Assembly: GCA_963796965.1 (NCBI GenBank)
Contig: CAWCNS010000011.1
Location: 416,001-480,000 of the forward strand
Reading direction: 5' to 3'
Length of the DNA: 64,000 nucleotides
DNA from: Calditrichia bacterium
Lineage (GTDB): Bacteria; Calditrichota; Calditrichia; JAJRVZ01
Shown: positions 22,047 to 32,602 of the stretch, one piece after another
Layout: every line of letters begins with the position of its first letter
How positions within the stretch are numbered: the first letter of the stretch is position 1
Notes under the pieces: model-generated
Database searches by the model: none
Seen by the model: the letters and a program-made list of their open reading frames with translations, nothing else
What the model was told of the DNA's origin: nothing
Program-made: the position numbers and the translations under genes

Positions 22047-22094
22047 TACGAGAATTGGGATATGGGATACGGGATAGGATCGGGATATGGGATA

Positions 22095-22349
22095 ATGTTT
22101 ACAATTTTGTTTATACAGAGACTTTGTCTATTTTCTAATAATCTACTTAATTATTTGTCTGATTTTCAACCACTAAGTAGGCTAAGCCCCGATATAAAGA
22201 TCTACACGATGTAGATCTTTCGGGATGAAATCTTCCATCCCGACTTTAGTCGGGAAAAGGCACAAAGTACACAAAGAGAAATTTCTTAATAAAAACTTTG
22301 TGTTCTTTGTGGTAAATCTTTTATCTTTTTTCAAATCTGAATGGCCAGA
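22095..22349. repeat. ~220-250 bp intergenic element, copy 1 (direct repeat of 28791..29013), with a nested palindromic insertion
   Basis: Shares ATGTTTAC...CTACTTAATT...ACCACTAAGTA...AAATTTCTTAATAAAAACTTTGTG...TTTTCAAATCTGA.TGGCCAGA with copy 2. Confidence 0.85.
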
Positions 22350-22399
22350 TATCATCACCCGCCAATTTATAATTCTCAATTAAAAATTTACAATTGTTT

Positions 22400-23203
22400 C
22401 TAGGTTCTATCCGCATCCTCATATCCGGTCAGATCAAAATTTATTTCATCCAAACCCATCAGACTCTGTAGAAAGCCTGTAATTCCCGAACCTTCCAGAT
22501 CAGCATGAAACTTAACAACACCAATCTCCGGCGCAAGCCACTCTGTAACCGTATTTCGTGAACCCATCTCTGATTCAATATGCATCGTTATCTTCAAACA
22601 TTTTAGTTCACCCATTGGGGTTACGATTATTTCTTCTCCCACAGCCTCACCTTTGATGGTTAACTTACCCGTATCACTACCTGCGGTTTCAAGACCTTCC
22701 CATTCCCAGGAACTACCCACTTCTAACGGAAGAGGTAGCCTTAGAACCGGCTCTGGATAGGTCACTTTTGAGCCAAAAAACAAAAAGGCACTGGTTTCAG
22801 TTCTGGTTAGATATATGCCATCCTTCCCCTTAAAAAACTGTTGTTCATAAGTTATGCTTCCAGCATTATAGGTAAGAACCAACTCATCATCTACTTCACT
22901 TACTTCTGCTTCAGTGTCTCCGGCATTTGAATCATAATTATATAATACATCTCGTTTTAAGGGAAAATATTCAAACCCAAATGACTTATTATCCGTAGAT
23001 TCAAGTGCTGTTTCTGGCGATACTTCCTCATTTTCAATAATGTCTCCGGAATTCTCAGATGAAGTATCTCCGGAAAGTGAGGCATCCTCATTAGAATCCA
23101 GTATACCTGAATTGGCATAAAGATGAATGGACTCATTCTCCTGTGCAGATATTGTCAAAATCATGATCATCATCATAACAAACGCTACCATTACCGTTTT
23201 CAT
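22400..23203 (-). CDS. Hypothetical secreted protein
   Basis: Signal peptide, acidic linker, then EYFPL...LPLEVGSSWEW...VTPMG...EWLAPEIGVVK, a pattern seen in uncharacterised exported beta-rich proteins. Confidence 0.75.
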   Translation of the reverse strand: MKTVMVAFVMMMIMILTISAQENESIHLYANSGILDSNEDASLSGDTSSENSGDIIENEEVSPETALESTDNKSFGFEYFPLKRDVLYNYDSNAGDTEAEVSEVDDELVLTYNAGSITYEQQFFKGKDGIYLTRTETSAFLFFGSKVTYPEPVLRLPLPLEVGSSWEWEGLETAGSDTGKLTIKGEAVGEEIIVTPMGELKCLKITMHIESEMGSRNTVTEWLAPEIGVVKFHADLEGSGITGFLQSLMGLDEINFDLTGYEDADRT

Positions 23204-23316
23204 TTTTCAAATCTCCATTTCCGATTTATTCCTAAACTAACCGTGTAGGCGAGGGATAATTCCCTCCATCCCTTCCTCATTTCTTCACATTTTCTAATAT
23301 CAACTTCCCTTCCCGA

Positions 23317-23342
23317 AACGCAGTATTTGGCAAAAATGTTCC
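23317..23342 (-). promoter_or_regulatory. Putative ECF-sigma promoter for 22400..23203
   Basis: Minus strand GGAAC-N17-CGTT about 115 bp upstream of the ATG. Confidence 0.5.
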
Positions 23343-23549
23343 CGATTTTAAATATCAACCAGGGTTTTTGCACATGGTTTCGGGTACAATTTAATTTCTT
23401 ACACTATGAGATTAGATGACACGAGATTGAAAAAGTTTCTTAATAGGTATGGAATTTCCGTTCTTTTTCCCACGTTTTTTGACATCATGAATATTTTTTC
23501 TGACAATGATTTTAACTATATTATAGAAATCTATAAAGAGGCCTTGCAT

Positions 23550-26131
23550 ATGAACTTAGCTTCCCCCTATCATCAAAAATTATAATATTCCTTTTCATAA
23601 TTATTTTTAGCCTCACTTCAACAGAAATGTATGCGCAGGAGCAAGAAAAACAGCCCCCTGCCCCGGAACCAATACCTACCGCGGATATTTTCCAAGAGAC
23701 TGAAAATGTTGCAAAGATTCTTGATAAGTCGGCCGATCTTCTTCTTCCTCAGGAAGACATTACACGAATTGCTGAAGGTCTCCCCGACTACTTTAAAGAG
23801 TTAGACCAACTTAACAAAGAAATGGATTTAAAAAGTTTGGAGCGGTTCGGCTCGAGTAGGCTAACCGATCTGGAACAAAGTTGGAAGTTGCACCATGAAA
23901 AACTGTCTCAATGGCAGGAACAACTGGCCAAACAATCAAATTTATTAGATTCAGAACGTAAAAAGTTAGAGTCATTAAAAAATGTATTGATCATTACTCT
24001 CGAAAATGCAAAAAATGAGAAAGCCCCGGCAGAGGTCTTACAGAGAATTGAGCAGATAATCCTAAGGCTCACGAGCACTGACAAAAAAATCAAAAAAGAG
24101 TTTGGTCATGTCATGGCTGTTCAGAATCGCATATCTATTAAGATTAGCGAAATCGATAAAACGCTTGCACTTGTCGGGGAGAAGATTGCCGAGAAAAAAG
24201 CAGAGGCTTTCACCATTGATTCAGAACCTCTTTGGAAAATCTCTAAGGGGAATATGGATGAAAGAGGTTTACGTCACCGTATTTCTCAAACAATCAAGGC
24301 CCATACAGAAAAATTCAATGAATTTTATCTAAACTTTGCGGATAGAGTAATGAATCATCTGATCATTTTCCTCCTTCTTCTGGGGACATTATTCATTCTG
24401 CGAAATTTTGGCAATAAACTAATTGTTGACAAAGACGCCGCAGAAATATCACGTGAGATTCTCAACCATCCCTTTTCAGTTGCCGTTTTTGTTTCCTTGC
24501 TTTTGACATCACAAATGTATCCCCAGGCCCCTAGTCTTATTTCAAGACTTGCCCAACTTGCCAGCCTTGTCCCTATTTTAAGATTGTTTCCGATTCTTAC
24601 TATCCCAAAGATAAAAACAAACCTGCTCATATTTATAGGACTATATTTACTCAATCTGATATATGTACTCTCCCCGGAACATACACTAACACATAGATTT
24701 TTATTGTTACTTATCTCATTACTCTCTATTCTTTTCTTTGGTTGGATCGCTAAAAACAAAAGTATTAAGAGCCTGAGTGACGAGGATTCTATTGTTAAGT
24801 ATATTGCATATATGATAAGATTTACTATTCCCTTGATGGTTATAGCTGTCCTGGCAAATATTTTGGGCAATGTGATTTTAGCATCCATTCTTACAGTAGG
24901 GTCATTAACCAGTATTTATGCTGCAATTATGCTAATCGCTGCCAGTCTGGTAATAATAAGTCTTCTTAATTTATTAATGAGTACGAAAATTGCTTTTTTC
25001 TCCCGAATTATCCGTGTCCATTCTAAGTTACTTTTAGAGAAATTGTCAAAATTTATACAACTGATTGCCGTACTATTTTGGATTCGAATAACCTTAAAAC
25101 AATTTAATTTATTTGATTTGTTCAAAGAGTGGCTAACAGGGTTCTTTTCTGAGCGCCTGCAGGTTGGGACGGTTGATATCTCATTTGGAGATTTCGTCGT
25201 ATTTTTCCTGGCAATTTACGCCTCGATAATCATATCCCGTTTTATCCGCTTTATTTTACAAGAAGATATTCTTGTGCGTATGCGTCTGCCAAGGGGTGTA
25301 CCCGCTGCCGTATCCATGTTGGCCAATTATTCCATCATAGGTTTAGGATTTATGATTGCTCTTTCTGCAGCTGGTTTTGATCTAAACCGCTTTGCCATCC
25401 TTCTTGGTGCTCTGGGGGTAGGTATTGGCTTTGGTCTTCAGAATATTGTAAACAATTTTATATCCGGATTAATTCTCATATTCGAACGGCCGATTCAGGT
25501 TGGTGATGTGGTGGAATTAACCAATCTTATTGGCAATGTAAAAAGGATTGGTATCAGATCAAGTACGATTCGAACTTTTGATGGTTCGGAAGTGATCGTT
25601 CCCAATGGGAACCTGGTTTCTAATGAAGTGACTAACTGGACTTTATCTGATAAACTTAGAAGAATTCAGATTAATGTTGGAACCGCGTATGGTTCAAATC
25701 CTGAGCACGTTTTAAAGATTCTCAGAAATATAATCAACAATCACCCTGAAGTTCTAGAACAACCTGAACCGATGATACTTTTCCAGGAATTTGGTGATAG
25801 CTCATTGAATTTTAATATAAGATTTTGGACCGCTACACCTGAAACCTGGCTGCAGCTCCGAAGCGAAATATCTGTAGATATATTCAGGATGTTTAAAGAA
25901 AACAATATTGAGATACCTTTTCCACAAAGAGATCTTCATTTAAAATCAGCTGATCCATCTATTTTGAATCCAATTTCAGATAAAAAAGGAAATGCTACAT
26001 CAAAAGGGATTGATAAAGGTAATAAATCTGTAAAATCGACCACCCTTACTACCCGTTCAGCAAAAAAATCAGCAAAAAAGAGACCAGATACATCAATAGA
26101 AAATATGGATGGATTTGTTTCCGATGAGTAG
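23550..26131 (+). CDS. Large MscS/MscK-like mechanosensitive channel (apparent frameshift in the signal-peptide region)
   Basis: GIGFGLQNIVNNFISGLILIFERPIQVGD, VPN and IEIPFPQRDLH; periplasmic coiled coil; ATG 23550 with RBS is out of frame with the hydrophobic signal segment upstream of 23627. Confidence 0.9.
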
Positions 26132-26217
26132 CTATTGTGTTTAATTCAGTCAGAAACAACTAAAGTTATGTCTGTTTTTGTGGTTAAATTCTTTTAAAAT
26201 AATAACAAATAACAACC

Positions 26218-27721
26218 ATGGAACAAAACGAAATATACCAGGAGATTGTTGAAATTTCCAATGAAGCGATCTTCCTCGAACAGGACTCTCTGTTAGTATT
26301 CGCAAACAGGAAAACATTAGAATTGTTCGAATTAGAATCTACTGATATTGGTCAGATATCCTGGCGCGATTTTTTGTCTGCCGATAGATCTGGAAATATA
26401 GCAGATTCCGCTTCTAATGACATATCAGGATCTGATTATCAAAAAATTCAGATTAGAGCAAAGTCCGGGCAGTACAAATGGATAGAGCTCCGCCACATGC
26501 CATTGAGATGGGAGGAAAAATCAGCCATCCTCTTTTTTGCAAGGGATATAACACAACAAAAATCTCTTGAAAAAAGGCTACAGATCGCCCAAAAAATGGA
26601 AGCGATTGGAACTCTCGCTGGCGGAATTGCCCATGATTTCAACAATATACTTTCCCCCATTCTTGGCTATACAGAGTTGACAATGGACGAAATAGATCAG
26701 CAATCTCTTGCCTATGCTAATCTTAGTCAGGTTTATAAAGCGACAAAGAGGGCAAAAGATTTGGTACAACAAATTTTAGCCTTTAGCAGACAAACAGAAG
26801 TGGCTTCCAAGCCGGTTAAAATTCATCTTATTGTAATGGAAGCTTTGAAATTACTTCGTGCCTCAATTCCTTCTAACATTGAGTTTAAATTAAATATTGA
26901 CGAGAATTGTCCTCCCGTGATGGCTGATCCCACCCAAATTCATCAAATCGTCTTAAACTTATGCTCAAATGCCTACCATGCCATGCAGAATATGAGTGGG
27001 ATTCTTAACATAAAGGTACAAGAAAGTATTTTGACAAATGATCAGATAACCCAGTTCATCACTATACCGGCAGGCACCTATGTTCAAATTGAGGTCAGTG
27101 ATACGGGACAGGGGATGAAACCATCCGTGATGGAGAGAATTTTTGAACCGTTTTTTACAACAAAAGAAAAGGGTCAGGGGACCGGTATGGGTTTGTCAGT
27201 GGTCCATGGTATTGTAAGAGAACATGATGGCTATATCAACGTCCAAAGTGATCCAGGAAGAGGAACACACTTTCAGATTTATCTCCCTGTTATCAAAACC
27301 GATAGTTTTCAAGCTGGAACCAGGTTCTATGGAGAACATCCCTGGGGGATCAGAACATATATTTTTGGTCGACGATGAAAAGGACATTGTATTTATGGTC
27401 CAACAAATGTTGGAAGTATTAGGATATGAAGTAAGCAGCAGGACCAGCAGCGTAGAGGCATTACAGGCTTTTGAGAATCAACCCAATAAGTATGATCTGG
27501 TAATTACCGATCAAATTATGCCAAATTTACCCGGTGATGTACTGGCCCGTCGAATTAAAGAAATTCGTCCTGATTTACCAGTAATTCTGTGCACTGGATT
27601 TAGCGAATACCACGATAAAGAAAAACTAGCTGCAAATGGCATAACTGACGTTGTTTTAAAACCCGTCTTAAAAAATGATCTGGCCAAAGCCATAAGACGA
27701 GCACTCGATACGACCACATGA
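26218..27721 (+). CDS. PAS hybrid sensor histidine kinase with receiver domain (apparent frameshift ~27310)
   Basis: AGGIAHDFNNIL H-box, NLCSNA, DTGQGM, FFTTK, GTGMGL; receiver (LVDDE, ITDQIMP, LCTG, LKP) continues in ORF 27224..27721. Confidence 0.9.
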
Positions 27722-28224
27722 AACAGCAATTTAACAAACTTTTTTATCTCCCCGGTTATTATTTAAGCAGCATTGCACTTGCAGGACTCGCCATTCTAAT
27801 GATTTATAGTGGATTTAAGGGAGATCAAATCTATCAAGATATTCATAAACAAATTGCCGGAATTGATTATAAAGAGAATCAGACCATTTGTTTGAGTTTT
27901 ATTAAAATTGAAAAATTTGATGGTACGGATGCAGTAGCCAGGGATCGCAGGATGAATACCTTTTATCTACAAATTGATAAATCCATGGCAATTAAAAAAG
28001 GAGAGACCTACTCATTTACTGGTCTTATTATGCCATCAGGTAAGATAAAAGTTACAGAATTTCAAATTCATCGTTATAGAAAAGAAAAATATATCTTTTC
28101 CAGTTTATCCTTTATCGTCGTCTTTTTCCTGATTTTCAAATATTTTCGACTCGATAAGCAAGGAATCTTTTTGATTAAACCAAGGGACAATAAATTCGAA
28201 GATAATTATAATAATCACTCTTAA
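27718..28224 (+). CDS. Hypothetical membrane protein
   Basis: Two TM segments around a small soluble domain; overlaps the upstream stop (ATGA). Confidence 0.65.
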   Translation: MKQQFNKLFYLPGYYLSSIALAGLAILMIYSGFKGDQIYQDIHKQIAGIDYKENQTICLSFIKIEKFDGTDAVARDRRMNTFYLQIDKSMAIKKGETYSFTGLIMPSGKIKVTEFQIHRYRKEKYIFSSLSFIVVFFLIFKYFRLDKQGIFLIKPRDNKFEDNYNNHS

Positions 28225-28237
28225 CCCATAATGCCAA

Positions 28238-28711
28238 TTGCCTGATACCTTTACCCATATTATCATCCCCGGAATCTTGAAGCGTTATATTAAAGCGCCA
28301 TTGATTGTACCGCTAGTACTTATAGGTACGGTTACGCCGGATTATCTTCGAGAGATTTGTATCCTTTTTTTACCACTTGATTGGTATTCAGCTGTCATGG
28401 TATTTCATTCTTTTCCCGGTGCTATATTTTCCAGTTTGTTTTTTAGTTCATTTTTTCATGTCGGGCTAAGAAAAAGTGTTTTTGTAAGTCTTCTGATTGG
28501 TCATCTCATACATTTTCTTTTTGATTCTATTCTTTTTTATCAATGTGGTGGGCCGCTTTATTTGTTTTTACCCTATTGGAAATCTTATTCCTTTGCCTTC
28601 ATTCCGGAGACCGATTGGATCTATATATTTTATCTAAGCATTGTCCTTATGATAGTCTATGTCATTGTAATAGGATTTCAGAAACTTAGTCATAGATCAA
28701 GAAATAGTTAA
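28238..28711 (+). CDS. Membrane-bound metal-dependent hydrolase (YdjM-like)
   Basis: MPDTFTH, TPDY, FHS and HLIHFLFD motifs. Confidence 0.7.
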   Translation: MPDTFTHIIIPGILKRYIKAPLIVPLVLIGTVTPDYLREICILFLPLDWYSAVMVFHSFPGAIFSSLFFSSFFHVGLRKSVFVSLLIGHLIHFLFDSILFYQCGGPLYLFLPYWKSYSFAFIPETDWIYIFYLSIVLMIVYVIVIGFQKLSHRSRNS

Positions 28712-28790
28712 GACACCTTTCGATAGGGATCAAATAGGCACTCTGAAATTATTTATAATCTATCCCACCTACGGTAGGATATGCTAAAAT

Positions 28791-29013
28791 ATGTTTACGA
28801 TTTTATTTATCTATAGACTTTATTTATTTCTAAAAGTCTACTTAATTGTCTATCTGATTTTTGACCACTAAGTACGCCAAGAAGGCACATAGTACATAAA
28901 GAAAAATTTCTTAATAAAAACTTTGTGATCTTAGTGCCTTTAAAATCTTGTCCCATAGGCATCCCTATGGGAGTGGTAAATCTTTGACTTTTTTTCAAAT
29001 CTGAGTGGCCAGA
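28791..29013. repeat. Intergenic element, copy 2 (direct repeat of 22095..22349), with a different nested hairpin
   Basis: Aligns with copy 1; carries TCCCATAGGCATCCCTATGGGA at 28951..28972. Confidence 0.85.
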
Positions 29014-29055
29014 AGCCGTCCGGCCCGGAGGGCCTACTAGGTTCTGTGTGGTTAA

Positions 29056-29827
29056 CTAATCTACCCGCCTTGAGCGAACCCCAAAATCCACATTATCTTT
29101 AACCCAGGCGAAAAAATACTCTTGTTTATCAATTTCTTTTTCAGGTAAAAGTATATCCGGATCTTTCCAGGAGATTAATACTTCTGCATCCTGAGTCCAG
29201 ACTTTAACTCTTCTTCGTTTTACTTTCGTAGACCAATCTCGACCAACAACAGCATTGGTATACAATAAACGTATGGTAACATTCCTTGCCAACCTTTCCA
29301 GCGGCTCTACATGTATACTTCCAAAATCTTTACCACCTTCTTTTTTGACATCAGGTATACCGTCACTCAACATAACCACTGAAATGGGTCTGAGGACCAG
29401 ATTCTTGCTTTTCACAATATGAGCCACTTGTTCAAAAAAGGCATTATAATCCGTAAATGGATTTGAGACCTTTTTGGGAAATATTTCGGTTAGCTTTTCT
29501 CTGATTTCTGATATCGATTTATTCTTAAAACTCTGAATTGGAAAAAATGTTTTTGGTTCGTTTGCCTTTGCACCTCCAATCGAACTGACAAACAACACAT
29601 TCGGTACATCTAGTTCCGCCTAGCCCATTCATGTGGCTGTAAATATAATGTGCTAAGAAATCAAGGGAATCATCAAAATACTTTGTGTTTTTAAATGATC
29701 CGCTGATATCGACGCCTATAAACATAGAAAGTCTTGGTTTGGAGTTTTCCATGCTCATATTACAGGATGCGACCAGGAATATCAGCAAGATTACTACTAG
29801 GGTTTTAGAAATGAATCTAGCCATCAT
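29056..29827 (-). CDS. VWA-like (MIDAS) lipoprotein (apparent frameshift ~29610)
   Basis: Lipobox VAS-C; GVDISGS and VMLSDG motifs; removing one base joins the two ORFs (GGLDVPNVLFV). Confidence 0.7.
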
Positions 29828-31060
29828 GCATTCTCCTTCATTGCATAGATATGATTGGCAGGTTTGTTTGACTGCATTATTTTCTCAAACAGAGCTTTTG
29901 AGTCAAGCACTTCTGCAAAGTTTTTTAGGGGTAACTCAAATAAATGATTTCCACTAATGAGAAGTACACAAAAATTGATTGCAGCAGCAACAACCTGAAG
30001 TGGGGGCAGCATAAGTGCCTGTAATAATTCTTCCCCTTTTGCCTGAATCCATGCATTATTTTCTTTCAGCGATTCCATATATCCGTTTGAATATGAAAGT
30101 TTGGGTTGTTGCCCCTGTGTTTCCCTACCTTCTGGTAATTTTATCTGTTGTCCCTGGATGATCTTCATCAAGGTTGGCGTACCATGGGCAGCAAAAAGGA
30201 ACCAGGATAAGCTGACGAATTCCAAACCAGGCAAAGCAGGATATGGCTAACGTCCAAAAGATACCCAATTCAAAATTTTCTGAATATTGTGCGAACCATG
30301 GTACCAACGCGTCCACAAACTCGCGGTATAAAAACACCACCTCAACAGAAAGGACGATGATTTCAATAACACCGATACCAATAATCGCAGATATATCCTT
30401 TTTTTTCATCGCCTCAACGAATGTGGAAAGAACAGCATAACTACCCAAGACAATAAATGACATGAATATAAATAAAGGAATCCGTATCATATTCTCAGCG
30501 AATTGTTCACCGGTGATATTTGAAAATGTATCAATTACCAGAGGTGTTGTAACATAAGTAAAAATAACAGCCTCAATAGCACACCAAAAAAGCGTTAGAG
30601 CGACAGCTATCCATGGAATAGGTGAGCGGCTAACAGATTGGGTCATTCGTCCAATTAACCTGAATGGCAAGAAGATAATTTCCTGAATTAATGACCATAG
30701 GCTCAAAACAAGAATTCTTAACATCCCTGAAAATGACACAAAAAATCGGAAGATAAAGTTTACAATCCCTCCCCAGAATGAGACCACGGCCTTTCCCAAA
30801 TCCCACCAGGTAATTATCAGGGTGGTTATGAATTGTCGTCTGTTTTGCCTGAACAAAACAGTTAAGAAAGAGGCAATGCTCAACCAACAGGCTAAGATGA
30901 TGGCAAGAACGGGAAGAAGGATGAATAATCTTTTCAATGTCATGATCCAAAATGGATCATTGAGTCCCCAGGCGAACTGTAGAAATTGTGCTTGAAAATG
31001 CAAGGGAAATAACACGATCGATAAGATGAGATTAACTAAACTACTGGTACTGGCAAACAT
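29824..31060 (-). CDS. Uncharacterised polytopic membrane protein (apparent frameshift ~30215)
   Basis: ORFs 30125..31072 and 29824..30234 join as GIRSLSWFLF; GGAG RBS before ATG 31060; overlaps the downstream start. Confidence 0.7.
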
Positions 31061-31122
31061 TTTTTTCTCCAATCAGTGAATCTTAATTTCGATAATTTCT
31101 GTTTCACGTTTTATACAAATGG

Positions 31123-31138
31123 AGCAAACATCGTACCA
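31123..31138 (-). promoter_or_regulatory. Putative sigma54 (-24/-12) promoter
   Basis: Minus strand TGGTACGATGTTTGCT versus consensus TGGCAC-N5-TTGCW, about 63 bp upstream of ATG 31060. Confidence 0.65.
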
Positions 31139-31168
31139 ATACAATATTTAGAATCTTAAAATATTTAT

Positions 31169-31181
31169 AATCAACTACTTA
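31169..31181. promoter_or_regulatory. Putative IHF site
   Basis: AATCAACTACTTA matches WATCAA-N4-TTR, just upstream of the -24 element. Confidence 0.45.
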
Positions 31182-31398
31182 TAAATATTAATAAATTGGG
31201 TAGGTCAGTGAATTCTTAGAGGATTGTTATGCAAGGTTTTTACATATATGTAGAAATAGAATAAAACAAAATGAAAATCAAACACAAAGTTCACAAAGAA
31301 ATCACAAAGAACACAAAATTAATTTACTATAATAACTTTGTGATCTTGGAGGCTACTTTGTGTTCTTTGTGTTTAGAAAAATTTCCCGTATTACAATT

Positions 31399-32358
31399 CT
31401 AATCGATTAACAATTTTCCATCATCCATTATTATATCACCATCGATTGTAACTGTTGGTTTTAAAATGACGCCATCCAAATGAATACCAACATCACAGGT
31501 ACCTCCCATACTCAGATTATTACCCAGGGCGATATGTACCGTACCCATAACCTTTTCGTCTTCCAATATTTCTCCCGTGACGATAGCCTGATCATTGGTC
31601 CCAATTCCCAATTCTGCGGCGTTATAAGCCTTTTTTCCCATTGGCATTAGTAGTGCATCGAGAGCACTGGCCTCTGCGCCCCCCTCAATTTTGATGGCAT
31701 ACCCATCCTTAACCGTTATCGTAATCGGTTTTTCAACAATCTTTCCTACTCCGGCAAATGAACCATCCACAATAAAAACCCCATGTGCTTTCCCCTCCGC
31801 TGGCATTAAATAGGATTCCCCACTTGGGAGATTTCCAAAAGAACCTTTCTCGGTGACAAGACCTGTTGATGAGATGGCATCTATGCCTTCAATCGGTATA
31901 TACAAATCGGTACCCAGATCTGTGGTAATATGCGCTTCTTTGCCAACATTTAGAATCTTTGTTAATTTTTCAGTGCGTTCGGCAATTTTATGATAATCTG
32001 CTTTCAGGGTACGTGTCATAACCTCTTCCGTAATTCCAGGCATCGTTCCGACCCGTGCCCCTTTTGCACATGCATTCCTTCTGGCATTGGTATGGGTTAA
32101 TGATTTCTTGGTTGGGCAAATGACCACATCATATTTTGTCATCATCTCAGAAATCTCATCGGGGGGATCCTGTCCATTCACTTCCCGCTCTGGCATCACT
32201 AAAAGCACACTCTCTCTGCTCAATTTTTTCCCGACTTCAAAAAGTGTCAATCCTATATTCATTGTCTGATCATCTGTCAGGACCAATAAGGTTTCGCTCT
32301 GTTTCAAATCCATACAGTCTCTTAATGCTATTTCTGCTGCTTTGGTTAAATCGCTCAT
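31399..32358 (-). CDS. M29-like aminopeptidase (aminopeptidase T / thermophilic metalloprotease family)
   Basis: GNLPSGE, AELGIGTN, EDEKVMGTVHIALG and HLDG motifs. Confidence 0.85.
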   Translation of the reverse strand: MSDLTKAAEIALRDCMDLKQSETLLVLTDDQTMNIGLTLFEVGKKLSRESVLLVMPEREVNGQDPPDEISEMMTKYDVVICPTKKSLTHTNARRNACAKGARVGTMPGITEEVMTRTLKADYHKIAERTEKLTKILNVGKEAHITTDLGTDLYIPIEGIDAISSTGLVTEKGSFGNLPSGESYLMPAEGKAHGVFIVDGSFAGVGKIVEKPITITVKDGYAIKIEGGAEASALDALLMPMGKKAYNAAELGIGTNDQAIVTGEILEDEKVMGTVHIALGNNLSMGGTCDVGIHLDGVILKPTVTIDGDIIMDDGKLLID

Positions 32359-32439
32359 TTTATTCCTCACAATTTTTAAAAACATATTCTTTTAGATCGC
32401 AGGGGACGCAGAGATAATAAGAAGTAAGAAAAAAGATCT

Positions 32440-32561
32440 CTCTCGCAAAGACGCCAAGCCGCAAAGATGTTCGAGGTATTGCGCTCGGCGCATGGTGATT
32501 TTTTTACATTGTGCACTATGTTCTCTGCACTATGCAGATTACTTTGCGTCTTTGCGTGAGA
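32440..32561. repeat. Inverted-repeat element of the CGCAAAGA family (also 44260..44402, 60003..60143, 63287..63476; half copies ~12981, ~58890, ~59036)
   Basis: CTCTCGCAAAGACGCCAAG ... CTTTGCGTCTTTGCGTGAG. Confidence 0.8.
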
Positions 32562-32602
32562 AAATCTAGCATCTTTACGACTCTTTATTTTTTCGTCCTA
32601 TG

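Noticed and set aside
22182..22379. Similar short ORFs here and at 28807..28998 (also 8261..8509, 61532..61723)
   Set aside because: Translations of non-coding repeat elements; the nested insertions differ between copies and starts/RBS are not conserved
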